Assembly (NCBI GenBank): GCA_942491245.1
Contig: CALNZT010000001.1
Span: forward strand, 960 to 64,959
DNA length: 64,000 bases
Direction of reading: 5' to 3'
From: an uncultured Pseudomonadota bacterium
Lineage (GTDB): Bacteria > Pseudomonadota > Gammaproteobacteria > Xanthomonadales > Wenzhouxiangellaceae
Shown: one piece after another, positions 32,895 through 44,084 of the stretch
Layout: each line of letters begins with the position of its first letter
Numbering within the stretch: position 1 is the stretch's first letter
The notes under the pieces: model-generated
Databases searched by the model: none
What the model was told of the DNA's origin: nothing
What the model saw: the letters and a program-made list of their open reading frames with translations, nothing else
Made by a program: the position numbers and the translations under genes

Positions 32895-34814
32895 CTATTG
32901 CTTGAGGTTTTCGGAGCGACTTCCGGCGTCCTGCGCCGTTTGGATGTCGGATTCCGGGTCCGAGGCCGATCCACCGCGCATGAAGGCGTGATAGAACATG
33001 CTCAAGCCATGATTCAGGCAACCGTCCCCGTGGACGGGCTGAACGCCAGAAACAGGGGCGCGCGAATGATCGGACTGGACGATACCGAAGGGCGCGGGGG
33101 CAACCCGAGCGACCTGGATCCACCGGCCGCGAATATACCACTCGATCTTCCTTGATGGTCTGAACGATTTTCAGGTCGGCCAGCTGCTGTTCGGGAACGG
33201 TCATCGGGTTGTCCGAGAGGATCACGAAGTCAGCCAGCTTGCCGGCGTGATAGTGCCCTTGCGATCTTCCTCGAAGTGCTGCCAGGCCGGCCAGATCGTC
33301 AGAGCCTTCAAAGCAATATCCACCGGCACGCGGTGCATCGGGCCAAGGATGTCGCCGGTACGCGAGCGGCGGGTAACCGTGGCCGACAGCACGCGCATTG
33401 AATCGGGCAAGGCCACCGGCGCATCGGTATGGCTGCCGAACATCATGCCGCGTTCCAGCACCCAGCCGGTCGGCGAGATGTTCTCGGCACGCTCCGGCCC
33501 GAGTACCGATTCGCGATGCCAGTCGCCCCAGTAGAACGTATGCATCGGGAACAGCGAGGGAAAGATATCCAACTCGTCGAGCGCGGCGACCTGATCCTTG
33601 CGCGCGGTCTGGCCGTGGATCAGGACGGGGCGAATGTTCACGCCCGGGTGCTTCTCCCGAGCCGCGCGCACGGCCTCGATGAACAGGTCAATCGCGGCAT
33701 CACCGTTGGCATGGCAGATGATCTGCCAGCCATTGGCGAATGCCCGCTCGACTGTTGAGTGAACGGTCTCCTCGTCAATGGCGGCGTAGCCCCGGTAATC
33801 TTCAGGCTGGCCCTCGGGCACGACAAAGTAAGGCTCGCTCAGGAACGCGGTCTTGCCCTGGGGCGATCCGTCGATGGTCAGCTTGACGCCGCCTACCCGG
33901 AACCGGTTCGTATAGTCCGTTGTCGGCGCCGGCTCGTCGACCAGCAGCGCATCGGGATAGGTGACCAGATCGACCTCCAGCTGCCCCGCAGCTGCGACGC
34001 GTCGCATGGCGTCGACCGCCTCGGGGTTCGCTCGACCCTCCTGCAGCGTGGTATAGCCGAATGAGGTGGCCAGCCGTGCGCCTTCGACAACCAGCGTCTC
34101 GTTGATCCGGTCGTCGAAGCTCTCGGCGAGCTTGCTCAGCAGGTAGAAGAACGCGTACTCCTCCAGAACGCCGTTCGGCTCGACGCCATCCGCCTCGCGC
34201 CGGAACACTCCGCCGGGCGGATCCGGAGTTTCTGCGGTCACACCGGCCAGCTCCAGCGCTTTGCTATTGGCCACGCCCAGGTGTCCCGACTGATGCATGA
34301 TGATGACCGGTAGTTCAGTCGAGATCTGATCGAGTTCCTGACGGGTGGGATGGCGTTGTTCGGCGAGCTGTGAGTCGTCGTATCCGAAGCCGGCAATCCA
34401 GCCAATTCGCTCGACGACAACGGCGTTGTCTTCGGTCCAGACCGTCAACAGACGCATGAGCGAAGCGATGTCGGCACCCTCGCCGTCCGGCGGCGGCAGC
34501 AAATTGGCCGTCGCGGCCTGGATACCCATCATATAGGTGTGGCCGTGCGATTCCACGAATCCCGGCACAAGGGTCCTGCCTTCGAGATCGACCAGATGCG
34601 TAGTCTCACCGGCCAGTGCTAGGACTTCCTCGCGAGTGCCGACGGCCAGAATGCGGCCGTCCAGCGTCGCGACCGCCTCGGCGAGCGGATGTTCGTCATC
34701 GACGGTCACGATCGGACCATTGTGGTAAATCTTATCGGCCACTTCGGCCGTAGCCAGCATCGACGCAGCGATCAGCACGGCGGCCATAAGCGTCTTCAAA
34801 ACAGAGCTCATCAT
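32895..34814 (-). CDS. Exported amidohydrolase 3 (YtcJ-like), frameshifts near the 3' end
   Basis: GAGGA RBS, signal peptide MMSSVLKTL, PGFVESHGH, KLTIDGSPQG, HANGD, HTDAPV; C-terminus continues in shifted frames to TAG at 32895. Confidence 0.85.
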
Positions 34815-34834
34815 TTTCCTCTCCGATCGTCGGA

Positions 34835-35240
34835 TTATTTCGGGAACAGCTTGGTACGTATCAAGCGAACGCCCAGCCCGCCGGCGCCAGCCTCCGAGCT
34901 GTCGGCCCAGTAGCGGACGCGGACGCCGACTCCGGCGCTGAACAGCTGCGACCCGAAACTGCCCACCTTCGTCGCCACGGCGCTTATCGACACGAACCAC
35001 GCTTCCCCTTCCCAGCCGTAGCTGGTCTCGGTCTGTAGGTTTGGAAGTCCGCGCCATGGGCGAAGTTTACGACACGAAGGGCTGGGCGATCGATGCATTG
35101 ATATCGGCGCGGTCGCTGTCACCGGCGATCGACGTGATGTGATTGACCAGTCCGCCCACACCCCAGATCCAGCCTGACTCCGACGCTTGCCTAGGCGAGA
35201 GGAAAAGCTCTGCAGGATATCGCCAATCCCTGTCTGACCC
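34835..35240 (-). pseudogene. 5'-truncated fragment of an outer-membrane beta-barrel (SphA/MetA-pathway transporter-like)
   Basis: GWIWGVGGLVNHITSIAGDSDRADIN...QPFVS and SYGWE...GVRVRYWADS...LFPK pieces in different frames; no N-terminal half. Confidence 0.55.
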
Positions 35241-35425
35241 CCGGCGCCCGAGAAAATATCCCACCGATCGATCAGCGGCAAGATGGTTTGGGAGATCAGA
35301 TTCCAGCTCTCAAAGCAACGACTTCCTGACCTTCAGTGAGCATAGGATTCAGCTGACCGAGCCGCTGCGGCTGCGCGCCTGGTTCAAGGCCTTCGAAGCC
35401 TGAGCCGAGCCCTTTCCGGCAGTTG

Positions 35426-35454
35426 AAAAAAGGCCCGGTCAATGCCGGGCCCTT
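35426..35454 (-). terminator. Intrinsic terminator after prpC
   Basis: AAAAAAGGCCCGG-TCAATG-CCGGGCC. Confidence 0.8.
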
Positions 35455-35481
35455 GGTGTTTCTGCCATGCGTTCGACGCGT

Positions 35482-36603
35482 TCAACGCTGGTCGATCGAC
35501 GGCACCGAACGATCTCCAGGGCCGATGTAGTCGGCACTAGGGCGGATGATCCGATTATTGGCGCGCTGCTCCATCACGTGGGCGGCCCAGCCGGTCACCC
35601 GCGACATTACGAAGATCGGCGTGAACAGACCCGTAGGTATGCCCATGAAGTGATAGGCCGAGGCGTGGTAGAAATCAGCGTTGGCGAAAAGCCCCTTCTC
35701 TTTCTTCATGGTGCTTTCGACGATTTCGGAGACCGGGAACAGCACCGAATCACCTACTTCAGCCGACAGCTTGCGCGACCATTCGCGAATGATGGCGTTG
35801 CGTGGGTCGCGCTCGCGATAAACGGCGTGGCCGAAGCCCATGATCTTTTCCTTGACCTCGAGCTTGCGCAGGATGTCTGCTCGAGCCTGTTCGGGCGACT
35901 CATAGGCCTCGAGCATCGCCATGGCGGCCTCGTTGGCGCCACCGTGCAAGGGACCGCGGAGCGAGCCAATCGCCGCCGTGATGCAACTGTACATATCCGA
36001 CAACGTGGAGGCACAGACCCGGGCGGTGAAGGTCGAGGCGTTGAATTCATGCTCGGCATACAGGATAAGCGAGACATCCATAACCCGCGCCTGAAGCTCG
36101 GACGGGGCCTTGCCATGCAACAGATGCAGAAAGTGGCCACCGATCCCGGATTCATCGCTGTCCAGATCGATCCGGACGCCATCATGACTGTAGCGATACC
36201 AGTAGCAGATCATCGCCGGAAAAGCGGCCAACAGGCGATCAGCAACATCCTGCTGATTCTCGAAATCCTCTTCCGGCTCCAGATTGCCGATGAAAGAACA
36301 GGCGGTGCGCATCACGTCCATCGGATGGGTTGCCGCTGGAATCCGTTCCAGCACTTCCTTGAGCGCCTGCGGCAGGTCACGAAGGCCTCTCAAGCGCTGC
36401 TCGTAGGCCGCCAGCTGCTCGCGATTCGGCAACTCGCCCTTGAGGACCAGATAAGCCACTTCATTGAACGTTGCATTCTCGGCCAGGTCATCGACCGCAT
36501 AGCCGCGATAACGGAGACTGTTTCCGCTGGCACCCACTGTACAAATAGCAGTCTGTCCTGCCGACTGGCCTCTTAGGCCCGCGCCGGATTTCTTGTCGCT
36601 CAT
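35482..36603 (-). CDS. prpC: 2-methylcitrate synthase
   Basis: [41 protein letters not shown]; follows prpB. Confidence 0.95.
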   Translation of the reverse strand: MSDKKSGAGLRGQSAGQTAICTVGASGNSLRYRGYAVDDLAENATFNEVAYLVLKGELPNREQLAAYEQRLRGLRDLPQALKEVLERIPAATHPMDVMRTACSFIGNLEPEEDFENQQDVADRLLAAFPAMICYWYRYSHDGVRIDLDSDESGIGGHFLHLLHGKAPSELQARVMDVSLILYAEHEFNASTFTARVCASTLSDMYSCITAAIGSLRGPLHGGANEAAMAMLEAYESPEQARADILRKLEVKEKIMGFGHAVYRERDPRNAIIREWSRKLSAEVGDSVLFPVSEIVESTMKKEKGLFANADFYHASAYHFMGIPTGLFTPIFVMSRVTGWAAHVMEQRANNRIIRPSADYIGPGDRSVPSIDQR

Positions 36604-37484
36604 GAAGACTCCTTGGTAAATAATTGATCAAGTTTGGATTCGAATGCGTGGTAGCCCAGGGTTTCGTAAAGCTCCGCACGGGTCTGCATCTGATCGATCA
36701 CGGCGCGCTGATGACCATCACGCGCAATCGCCTCATACACACTCAGCGCCGCTTTGCTCATGGCGCGGAAAGCGCTCAGGGGATAGAGCACAAGGCCGAT
36801 GCCGGCATCTCCCAGCTCTTCGACAGAAAACAGCGGCGTCTTTCCGAACTCCGTGATGTTCGCGAGAACGGGCACCGGAACTGCGTGTGCAAACGTTCTG
36901 AATTCCTCCAGCGTATGCAATGCTTCAGCGAAGATCATGTCGGCACCCGCCTCGACGTAACGATTGGCGCGTTCTACGGCAGCTTCCATGCCCTCACTGG
37001 CGTGGGCATCGGTGCGCGCCATGAACACGAAGGACTCGTCGTGGCGCGCATCGACCGCCGCGCGCACCCGATCACTCATTTCTTCGATGCTGACCAGGGC
37101 CTTGTTCGGTCGATGACCGCAGCGTTTGGCCTGAACCTGATCTTCGAGATGAATCGCTGCGACACCGGCGCCCTCCATCTCACGAACGGTTCTTGCAATG
37201 TTGAAGGCACTGCCCCAGCCGGTGTCCACATCGACCAGTAGCGGCAGATCGCAACGCGAGGTTATGCGACGGGCGTCTTCGACCACATCCGAGAGCTGGG
37301 TGATTCCGAGATCGGGCAAGCCGTAGGAGGCGTTGGCGACGCCGGCACCCGAGAGATAGATGGCCTTGTGGCCACTCTGCTCGGCCTGGATGGCGGTGTA
37401 GGCATTGATCGTCCCGACCACTTGCAGGGGGGCCGAGGTTTCAATCAGTTGACGCAGGCGCGCGCCGGGCGTTGGGGAGCTCAT
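36600..37484 (-). CDS. prpB: Methylisocitrate lyase
   Basis: KRCGHRPNK active site, [16 protein letters not shown]. Confidence 0.96.
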   Translation of the reverse strand: MSSPTPGARLRQLIETSAPLQVVGTINAYTAIQAEQSGHKAIYLSGAGVANASYGLPDLGITQLSDVVEDARRITSRCDLPLLVDVDTGWGSAFNIARTVREMEGAGVAAIHLEDQVQAKRCGHRPNKALVSIEEMSDRVRAAVDARHDESFVFMARTDAHASEGMEAAVERANRYVEAGADMIFAEALHTLEEFRTFAHAVPVPVLANITEFGKTPLFSVEELGDAGIGLVLYPLSAFRAMSKAALSVYEAIARDGHQRAVIDQMQTRAELYETLGYHAFESKLDQLFTKESS

Positions 37485-37548
37485 GGTGTCTGGGCAGTCT
37501 CGAGGAAGTCCACCCACCATTTTAGCATGCAGTCGGGCCTACACGCCC

Positions 37549-38844
37549 TCAGCCGAAGCGCTCACGCAGCCAGTCCTTGAGCTGTAGCTGCCAGTATCTG
37601 GACTGGACGGCCAGCCGCCCAAACGAGCCACCCGCCCAAGGAGCACCCCAGCGATTGAACGCATCAAGTCGTTGACGGTCGCCGGTCAAGGCTTCGGCCA
37701 GGATGTCGCCCGCCAGCGAGGTTGTGGCCATACCATGCCCGCCGAAGGCCAGACCATGCCACAGCCCGCCCTCATCCTGACCAAGCATTGGCATCTCATG
37801 GCGTGCATAGCTCATCCAGCCGCCCCAGGCCTGCTCCAGGCGGACGTTACTCAAGGCCGGAAACACGCGCGCAAGGTCACGACGCATCAGTCGACGAATT
37901 GAGGCGGGCGAGCGACTGGCAATCGAAATCCGACCGCCCCACAACAGCCGTCGATCCGGCAAGGGGCGGTAGTAATCGAAGGCAAAGCGATTGTCGTAGA
38001 CTGCGACCGGCTGAGGCAGCGCTTGCTCCAGGCGTGCATCGAGCGGCTCGGTGACGGCAATGTAGGTGGCGATGGGTTGCAGGGCGCGCTGCAGTCGAGG
38101 GCGCAGACGAAGATCGTAGCCACCAGTGGTCAGAACGACCTCGCGTGCATGAACGCGCGCCCGATCAGTCGACAAACGCCAGCCACCGTTGCTGCGCTCG
38201 ATTGAGCGAACCGGCGTCTGGCTCCAGACCCGGCCACCCTGCTCGATGAAATATCGCGCCAGCTCGCGGATGTGCCGCAGCGGATGGAAGTGAAAGCTGC
38301 CGGGCTCATGCAAACCCGCCCCGTAGCGCCTGGAATTGACATAAGCCGCACAGGCATCAGGATCCAGCCAATCAAGCGCAAAACCCAGATCACGCTGCAT
38401 TCGATCGGCGAAGGCCTGCAGCGTCGCTGAATCATGGAACCAGTCGGTGAGCACGACGCCGGCATCATTGACCTGGCAGTCAAGCTTGTAATCGTCGATC
38501 CGCTTGCGCATTCGCCGAACCGATGCCCGTGTCCACCCGTGCAGGCGGCCAGCCCCTTCGACCCCCAGCTGTGCAAGCAGATCATCATTGCTCAAGGAGT
38601 AGCCGGCGAAAACAAAGCCGCCGTTGCGACCGGACGCGCCGGCACCGATGGCATCGGCCTCGATCAGGGCCACCCGCTCAAGGCCTCGCTCCATCAGGGA
38701 CATGGCCGTGGTCATGCCGGCCAGGCCGCCGCCAATGACCGCCACATCCACCGATGAATCCGTCGTCAGAGGCTCAGAACCGCTGCGATCCGGCCCGGCT
38801 TCATCGGCATACCAGCTGATCCCTGGCCAGCGCTTGGAACTCAT
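37549..38844 (-). CDS. FAD-dependent oxidoreductase (PuuB/DadA-like)
   Basis: VIGGGLAG, GASGRNGGF, FDYYRP, FGGHG. Confidence 0.85.
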   Translation of the reverse strand: MSSKRWPGISWYADEAGPDRSGSEPLTTDSSVDVAVIGGGLAGMTTAMSLMERGLERVALIEADAIGAGASGRNGGFVFAGYSLSNDDLLAQLGVEGAGRLHGWTRASVRRMRKRIDDYKLDCQVNDAGVVLTDWFHDSATLQAFADRMQRDLGFALDWLDPDACAAYVNSRRYGAGLHEPGSFHFHPLRHIRELARYFIEQGGRVWSQTPVRSIERSNGGWRLSTDRARVHAREVVLTTGGYDLRLRPRLQRALQPIATYIAVTEPLDARLEQALPQPVAVYDNRFAFDYYRPLPDRRLLWGGRISIASRSPASIRRLMRRDLARVFPALSNVRLEQAWGGWMSYARHEMPMLGQDEGGLWHGLAFGGHGMATTSLAGDILAEALTGDRQRLDAFNRWGAPWAGGSFGRLAVQSRYWQLQLKDWLRERFG

Positions 38845-38899
38845 GGGAACTCCACTTTCGAGTGATAAACTAAGGGTTGAATAATACCGGGGCGCTCGA

Positions 38900-39700
38900 G
38901 TGAGTAAATCAAGCAAGTACAACGCCAAGGTGCCGGATGAGAATGGCATCATTCCCTACAGCGCTGAGGAAGACAGCGTCTGGGCTGATCTATACAGTCG
39001 CCAGATGGACATCATCGAGGGCCGCGTTGCTCAGGAGTTCCTGGACGGCCTGGACATGCTGAGCCTGCCGAGCGACCGCATTCCCCAGCCCAGGGAAATC
39101 TCCAGCGTGCTGATGGAGCGCACCGGCTGGCAGGTCGAGCCGGTTCCGGCGCTCATCAACTTCGATCGCTTCTTCAAGCTGCTCGCCGACCGCCGCTTTC
39201 CAGCGGCTTCATTCATCCGCACCCGAGAAGAGATGGACTACCTGCAGGAACCGGATATCTTCCACGAGATCTTCGGCCACACCACCATGCTGACCCACCA
39301 GGCTTTCGCCGACTTCACCGAAGCCTACGGAAAAGCGGGCGTCAAAGCGAGCAAGGAAGAGCGCGTCTTCCTGGCCCGCCTGTACTGGTTCACGGTCGAA
39401 TTCGGGCTTCTGCAGACCCCTGACGGTATTCGAATCTATGGCGGCGGCATTGCATCCTCACCCGGCGAAACGATCTATTCACTCGAAAGTGATGAACCAC
39501 TGCGGCGACCCTTCGACCCGATCGAAGCGCTGCGGACGCCCTACCGAATCGATATCTATCAGTCGGTATATTTCATTCTTGACACGATGAACGATTTATT
39601 CGAACTGTCCAGCACTGACCTGCTTGCGCTGATTCGCGAGGCACGCGCACTGGGCCAGTTCGAACCGACCTATCCCCCAAAAAACAAGGAAGCTGCCTGA
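38900..39700 (+). CDS. phhA: Phenylalanine 4-monooxygenase
   Basis: YLQEPDIFHEIFGH, LYWFTVEFGL, RTPYRID. Confidence 0.95.
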   Translation: MSKSSKYNAKVPDENGIIPYSAEEDSVWADLYSRQMDIIEGRVAQEFLDGLDMLSLPSDRIPQPREISSVLMERTGWQVEPVPALINFDRFFKLLADRRFPAASFIRTREEMDYLQEPDIFHEIFGHTTMLTHQAFADFTEAYGKAGVKASKEERVFLARLYWFTVEFGLLQTPDGIRIYGGGIASSPGETIYSLESDEPLRRPFDPIEALRTPYRIDIYQSVYFILDTMNDLFELSSTDLLALIREARALGQFEPTYPPKNKEAA

Positions 39701-39702
39701 GC

Positions 39703-40044
39703 ATGAGCAATGATCAACTGAGCGAACGCAAGTGCCTGCCCTGCGAGGGCGGAACCGAACCGCTTGATAAGGACCGAATCGAGACCCTGTTACCGCAGAT
39801 TCCGGGCTGGCAGGTCGATGAGGACGGCAAGAAGCTCTACCGCCGGTTTGAATTCAAGGGGTTCTACAAGACCATGGCCTTCATCAATGCGATGGCCTGG
39901 ATTGCCAACCAGGAAGCCCACCACCCGGACTTCGAAGCCGGCTACAACTTCTGCCTGGTTCATTTCACCACCCACGCTATCGACGGATTAAGCGAAAACG
40001 ACTTCATCTGCGCGGCCAAAGTGAACGCGCTTCTCGATGACTGA
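39703..40044 (+). CDS. phhB: Pterin-4-alpha-carbinolamine dehydratase
   Basis: CLPCEGG, EAHHPD, THAIDGLSENDFICAAK. Confidence 0.93.
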   Translation: MSNDQLSERKCLPCEGGTEPLDKDRIETLLPQIPGWQVDEDGKKLYRRFEFKGFYKTMAFINAMAWIANQEAHHPDFEAGYNFCLVHFTTHAIDGLSENDFICAAKVNALLDD

Positions 40045-41011
40045 CGTTTCGGCTGCCAGCAGAGAAGCATCCAGCGATTCCTCCGGCGATGCGGCCTTGA
40101 TCGATGACCTGACCGCTGCCCGAGCAGCGGTCAACGACATCATTGTCGACAAGGCTGACGCCATCGATCTGGCCTTTGCCGCCCTGCTGGCCGGCGGCCA
40201 TTTGCTGGTCGAGGACCTGCCGGGGGTCGGCAAGACCACCCTGGCGCACGCCCTTTCGCTAGCCGTCGGAGGGAGCTGGCAGCGCATCCAGTTCACCAAC
40301 GACATGCTGCCTGCCGACATTCTGGGCGTATCGGTGTTCAATCGCGACACGTCCGAGTTCGAGTTCCGACCCGGGCCGATCTTCGCCAACGTGGTGCTGG
40401 CCGATGAGATCAATCGAGCAACCCCAAGAACACAGTCGGCGCTGCTTGAGGCCATGGCTGAAGGCCAGGTCTCGGTTGATGGTCAGACCCATGCGCTGCC
40501 CAAGCCGTTTTTTGTCATTGCCACGCAGAATCCGCTCGACCTGACGGGCACCTATCCCCTGCCCGATTCCCAGCTCGACCGCTTCCTGCTGCGCATCGGT
40601 ATCGGCTATCCATCGGCCGCTGAAGAGCGACGACTACTGACCGAGCCCGACCGCAAGGACCTGCTCTCGGTCATGCCCAAGGTTCTCGATCCTGAGCGTG
40701 TGCGGACCTTGATCAAGGCGTCTTCAGAACTGCATGTATCCGAGCCCGTGCTCGACTATATCCAGGCGCTGGTCCAGGCAACTCGCGATCACAGCGCCGT
40801 GCGTGCGGGAATTTCACCGCGCGGGGCGCTGGCCCTGATCCAGACCGCCCGCGCGCTGGCCTACGTTCGCGGTGAGCGCTTTCTGGGCCCGGATCAGGTC
40901 AAGGAAACCTTCCCGCCGCTGGCCGGACATCGACTTCAGGTCAACGCCGAATCCGGGCTTGACAGCCAAAGCCTGGTTGAGGAAATCCTCAGCTCGACCG
41001 CTGTCCCCTGA
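40037..41011 (+). CDS. MoxR family AAA+ ATPase
   Basis: EDLPGVGKT, RIQFTNDMLPADI, DEINRA, ATQNP, QLDRF. Confidence 0.93.
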   Translation: MTDVSAASREASSDSSGDAALIDDLTAARAAVNDIIVDKADAIDLAFAALLAGGHLLVEDLPGVGKTTLAHALSLAVGGSWQRIQFTNDMLPADILGVSVFNRDTSEFEFRPGPIFANVVLADEINRATPRTQSALLEAMAEGQVSVDGQTHALPKPFFVIATQNPLDLTGTYPLPDSQLDRFLLRIGIGYPSAAEERRLLTEPDRKDLLSVMPKVLDPERVRTLIKASSELHVSEPVLDYIQALVQATRDHSAVRAGISPRGALALIQTARALAYVRGERFLGPDQVKETFPPLAGHRLQVNAESGLDSQSLVEEILSSTAVP

Positions 41012-41027
41012 GGTTCAGGGTCGGGTC

Positions 41028-42011
41028 ATGACGGGCGCAATGGGCTTGATCAATCAATCGCTGGATCGATCGCGTAGGGCCTGGTCCCGGAGAATGGATC
41101 AATGGGTACGTCGGCGCGGCAAAGCCGTCCCGCCGCTGCAACTGGCCTACCGCCAGATCTTCATTCTGCCCACTCGATTCGGCTGGCTGCTGGCGCTGCT
41201 CAACGGCGGAATTCTTCTTGGCAGCTTGAACTTCAACAACAACCTGGGCCTGTTCACGGCCTTCCTGGTCAGCGGCCTGATTCTCAACTCGATGCTGATT
41301 GCCTACCGGAACCTGCGCGGTCTCAAGATCATCCGGACGACAGCCGTTTCTGTGTTCGCCGGGCAACCGACTGAACTGGCGATCCAGGTCCAGAACCCGG
41401 AACAACGTGAACGTCCCGGCCTGGAGTTCACACTCAACGGCCAGACCGCCGAGATCGACCTGGCTCCAGCGTCAACGAGCGAGGCCCTGATTCCATTCGG
41501 GACCGAGCGCAGGGGCTGGGTAGAACCTGGACGGATCGGGATTCAGACGCTTCATCCGACCGGTCTGTTCCGGGCCTGGTCCTGGATCTGGTGCAGTCAT
41601 CGCATTCTGGTCTGGCCCAAGCCGGCAGACAACCCGCCCCCACTGCCCTACGGCCACAATGACCAGCAGGGCCAGAGTGTTCAACGCCGTGAGGACGGCG
41701 AGTCGTTCTACAGTCTTCGTGCCTGGCGAGAAGGCGACCCCTTGCACCGCATCGCCTGGAAGGCCAGCCAGCGACACCAGGTGCTGCTGTCGCGGGAATT
41801 CAGAGCAGAGCAGTCGAATCACCTGGAGCTGGATTTTTCCTCGACACCCGGGCGCGACATCGAAGAAAGAATCTCCATTCTGGCCGCCTGGGTGCTTCAA
41901 GCTGAACAGAACGGTCTGCGCTGGACGCTGGTCACCGGCAAGCGGACCCTGGGGCCTGACCAGGGCGCGCGCTTTTCACATCAGTGCCTCAATCAGCTCG
42001 CGGAACTCTGA
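41028..42011 (+). CDS. DUF58 domain protein
   Basis: IFILPTRFG, NFNNNL, LRAWREGDPLHRIAWKASQR; lies between MoxR and the transglutaminase. Confidence 0.85.
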   Translation: MTGAMGLINQSLDRSRRAWSRRMDQWVRRRGKAVPPLQLAYRQIFILPTRFGWLLALLNGGILLGSLNFNNNLGLFTAFLVSGLILNSMLIAYRNLRGLKIIRTTAVSVFAGQPTELAIQVQNPEQRERPGLEFTLNGQTAEIDLAPASTSEALIPFGTERRGWVEPGRIGIQTLHPTGLFRAWSWIWCSHRILVWPKPADNPPPLPYGHNDQQGQSVQRREDGESFYSLRAWREGDPLHRIAWKASQRHQVLLSREFRAEQSNHLELDFSSTPGRDIEERISILAAWVLQAEQNGLRWTLVTGKRTLGPDQGARFSHQCLNQLAEL

Positions 42012-44008
42012 TGCGGAGTTCCAGCCAGCCTCAGCGCCTGCCCCTGACAGCGATCTACTGGACGATCGCTGCCTTTGCGATCGCGGTTACCCCCCACCTG
42101 ATGGCCGCCCCGATCCAGATCAGCGTTGCCGTCACGGGAATCATCATCTGGCGTACGGTCGCCGCCAGGCTCCGCTGGAAGCCCTTGCCGGCCTGGATAC
42201 GAATCCTTCTGACCGGGCTGTTGCTCGGCCTGGTCGTTATCAGTTTTGGCGGCGCCTGGGGCCGACGCATGGCAACGGCCTTGCTGTGCGTCATGCTGGC
42301 CGCCAAATTGATGGAGATGTATCGAGCCCGCGACATGCGGGTGGTTGCATCGGTCTGCTTCTTTCTCGTCGCCACGCAGTTCCTGTTCGACGAGCGTCTG
42401 ATCTACTTTGTCTACCTGATCGTCGGCTGCTGGACTGCCACCAGTGCGCTTATCCAGATCCAGCGCATTCGCATGCATTCGGCAAAAACAAGGACTCGGC
42501 CTTTGAGCAACGGCGAGAGCCTGCGTCAGTCGGGGCGTCTTCTTCTTCTGGCGCTGCCCGTGACGCTTGCTCTCTTCGTGCTGTTTCCAAGACTCGCGCA
42601 GCCGCTGTGGGGAATGCCGGAAGACGCGCTGGACGGGCGAACCGGCCTGTCGGAAACCATGTCACCCGGCTCGATCGCCTCGCTCTATGCCGATGACTCA
42701 CCGGCCTTCAGGGTGGAGTTCGAATCCAATACGCCGCCACCCCCGGAACAACGCTACTGGCGAGGACCGGTACTTTGGCGCTTCGATGGAACGACCTGGG
42801 AGCCGCCCTTTGGTGCCATGCCACGGGCCACGGTTCCCGTGCCGATCGACGAGAACGCCATACGTTACGAAGTGCAGCTGGAGCCGCACGAGCGGCGATG
42901 GCTGCTGGCACTGGATTACCCTGCGCAAAGTGATCACCCGCGTAACCGCCTGACGTCTGACTATCAGCTGCTCAGTCGAACCCCGATCACCAGTCTGACC
43001 GCCTATCGTGTGGTCTCCAACCCGCTATTCCTTGATTCGCCGGTACTCGACAGAACAGCCCGCGCAATGGCAACTCGCTTACCGTCCGACCGCAATCCGC
43101 GAACGCTGGCCATGGCTCAGGAGTGGCGGCAGCGCTATCCAGACGATCAGGAGCTGGTCAATGCCTTGCTGCGCTGGTTCGCGGACGAGCCCTTTTTCTA
43201 CAGCCTTGAAACCCTTCCTCTGGGACGCGACGGTGCCGACGAATTCCTGTTCGATCTGAGAACCGGCTACTGCGAGTACTACGCATCAGCTTTCGCGATC
43301 TTCATGCGCGCAGCCGGGATTCCCACCCGTATCGTGACCGGCTACCAGGGCGGGTTCTGGAATGAGGCAGGTGCTTATATGCTTGTGCGAAATTCCGACG
43401 CCCATGCCTGGGCCGAGGTGTGGCTGGAAGGCCGCGGCTGGACGCGTGTCGACCCGACCGCCGCGGTTTCCCCGAGTCGGATCCAGCGCGGATCCGCCGA
43501 TGCAATCCAGCGCCCGAGATTCATGTTCGATTGGGAATGGGCGAGCAATCTGCGTAATCAGTTCGACCGCGTGCAGCACCTCTGGAATCAGTGGATTCTC
43601 GGCTTCGACTCGCGTGCGCAGATGAATCTTCTCAAACGCCTGGGGCTACCGGAACTGAGCGCGCTCCAGATGAGCCTGTTGATGCTTGGCGTGCTCTTGC
43701 TCATATCGATTCCGCTGGGCCTGCTTTTGCTCCGCGAGGCAACGCTGCGCAGTCGGGATCCGGTGTATCGCCAGTGGCGCAGGCTCCAGAGAAAGATCAG
43801 CAAGCGGGCAAACATAGCGCTGAACATCGCCGATAGCCCGCAGGAATGGAGCCAGCGCGTCCAGCGCGAACACGGCCCCTTCGACGACGAATTACTTGCG
43901 CTGATCGCCCTGTATCAACGGGTTCGCTACGGTCCCCCCAGTGAGGCGTTGTCCCAGCAGTTCCTCGATCGGGCCGGCAGATTCAACCAAAGCACGATAC
44001 GCCGCTAG
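42011..44008 (+). CDS. DUF3488 + transglutaminase domain membrane protein (TgpA-like)
   Basis: Multi-TM N-terminus; catalytic C (GYCEYYA), H (HAWAEV), D (VDPT). Confidence 0.9.
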   Translation: MRSSSQPQRLPLTAIYWTIAAFAIAVTPHLMAAPIQISVAVTGIIIWRTVAARLRWKPLPAWIRILLTGLLLGLVVISFGGAWGRRMATALLCVMLAAKLMEMYRARDMRVVASVCFFLVATQFLFDERLIYFVYLIVGCWTATSALIQIQRIRMHSAKTRTRPLSNGESLRQSGRLLLLALPVTLALFVLFPRLAQPLWGMPEDALDGRTGLSETMSPGSIASLYADDSPAFRVEFESNTPPPPEQRYWRGPVLWRFDGTTWEPPFGAMPRATVPVPIDENAIRYEVQLEPHERRWLLALDYPAQSDHPRNRLTSDYQLLSRTPITSLTAYRVVSNPLFLDSPVLDRTARAMATRLPSDRNPRTLAMAQEWRQRYPDDQELVNALLRWFADEPFFYSLETLPLGRDGADEFLFDLRTGYCEYYASAFAIFMRAAGIPTRIVTGYQGGFWNEAGAYMLVRNSDAHAWAEVWLEGRGWTRVDPTAAVSPSRIQRGSADAIQRPRFMFDWEWASNLRNQFDRVQHLWNQWILGFDSRAQMNLLKRLGLPELSALQMSLLMLGVLLLISIPLGLLLLREATLRSRDPVYRQWRRLQRKISKRANIALNIADSPQEWSQRVQREHGPFDDELLALIALYQRVRYGPPSEALSQQFLDRAGRFNQSTIRR

Positions 44009-44059
44009 GCATTCGCAGCTGGGCATACGCAGCCAGACAAGCGTCGTGCTGGCACCGGA

Positions 44060-44079
44060 TACTGCATTTTGATACAGTA
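44060..44079. promoter_or_regulatory. LexA (SOS) box upstream of lexA
   Basis: TACTG-CATTTTGATA-CAGTA fits the gammaproteobacterial CTG-N10-CAG operator. Confidence 0.85.
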
Positions 44080-44084
44080 GTCAC

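Noticed and set aside
32742-33155. 137 aa plus-strand ORF
   Set aside because: It spans a terminator and is antisense to the amidohydrolase tail; no recognisable features
44050-44066. Sigma54 promoter TGGCAC...TGC upstream of lexA
   Set aside because: GG to GC spacing is 11 nt rather than the required 10; the SOS box explains the sequence
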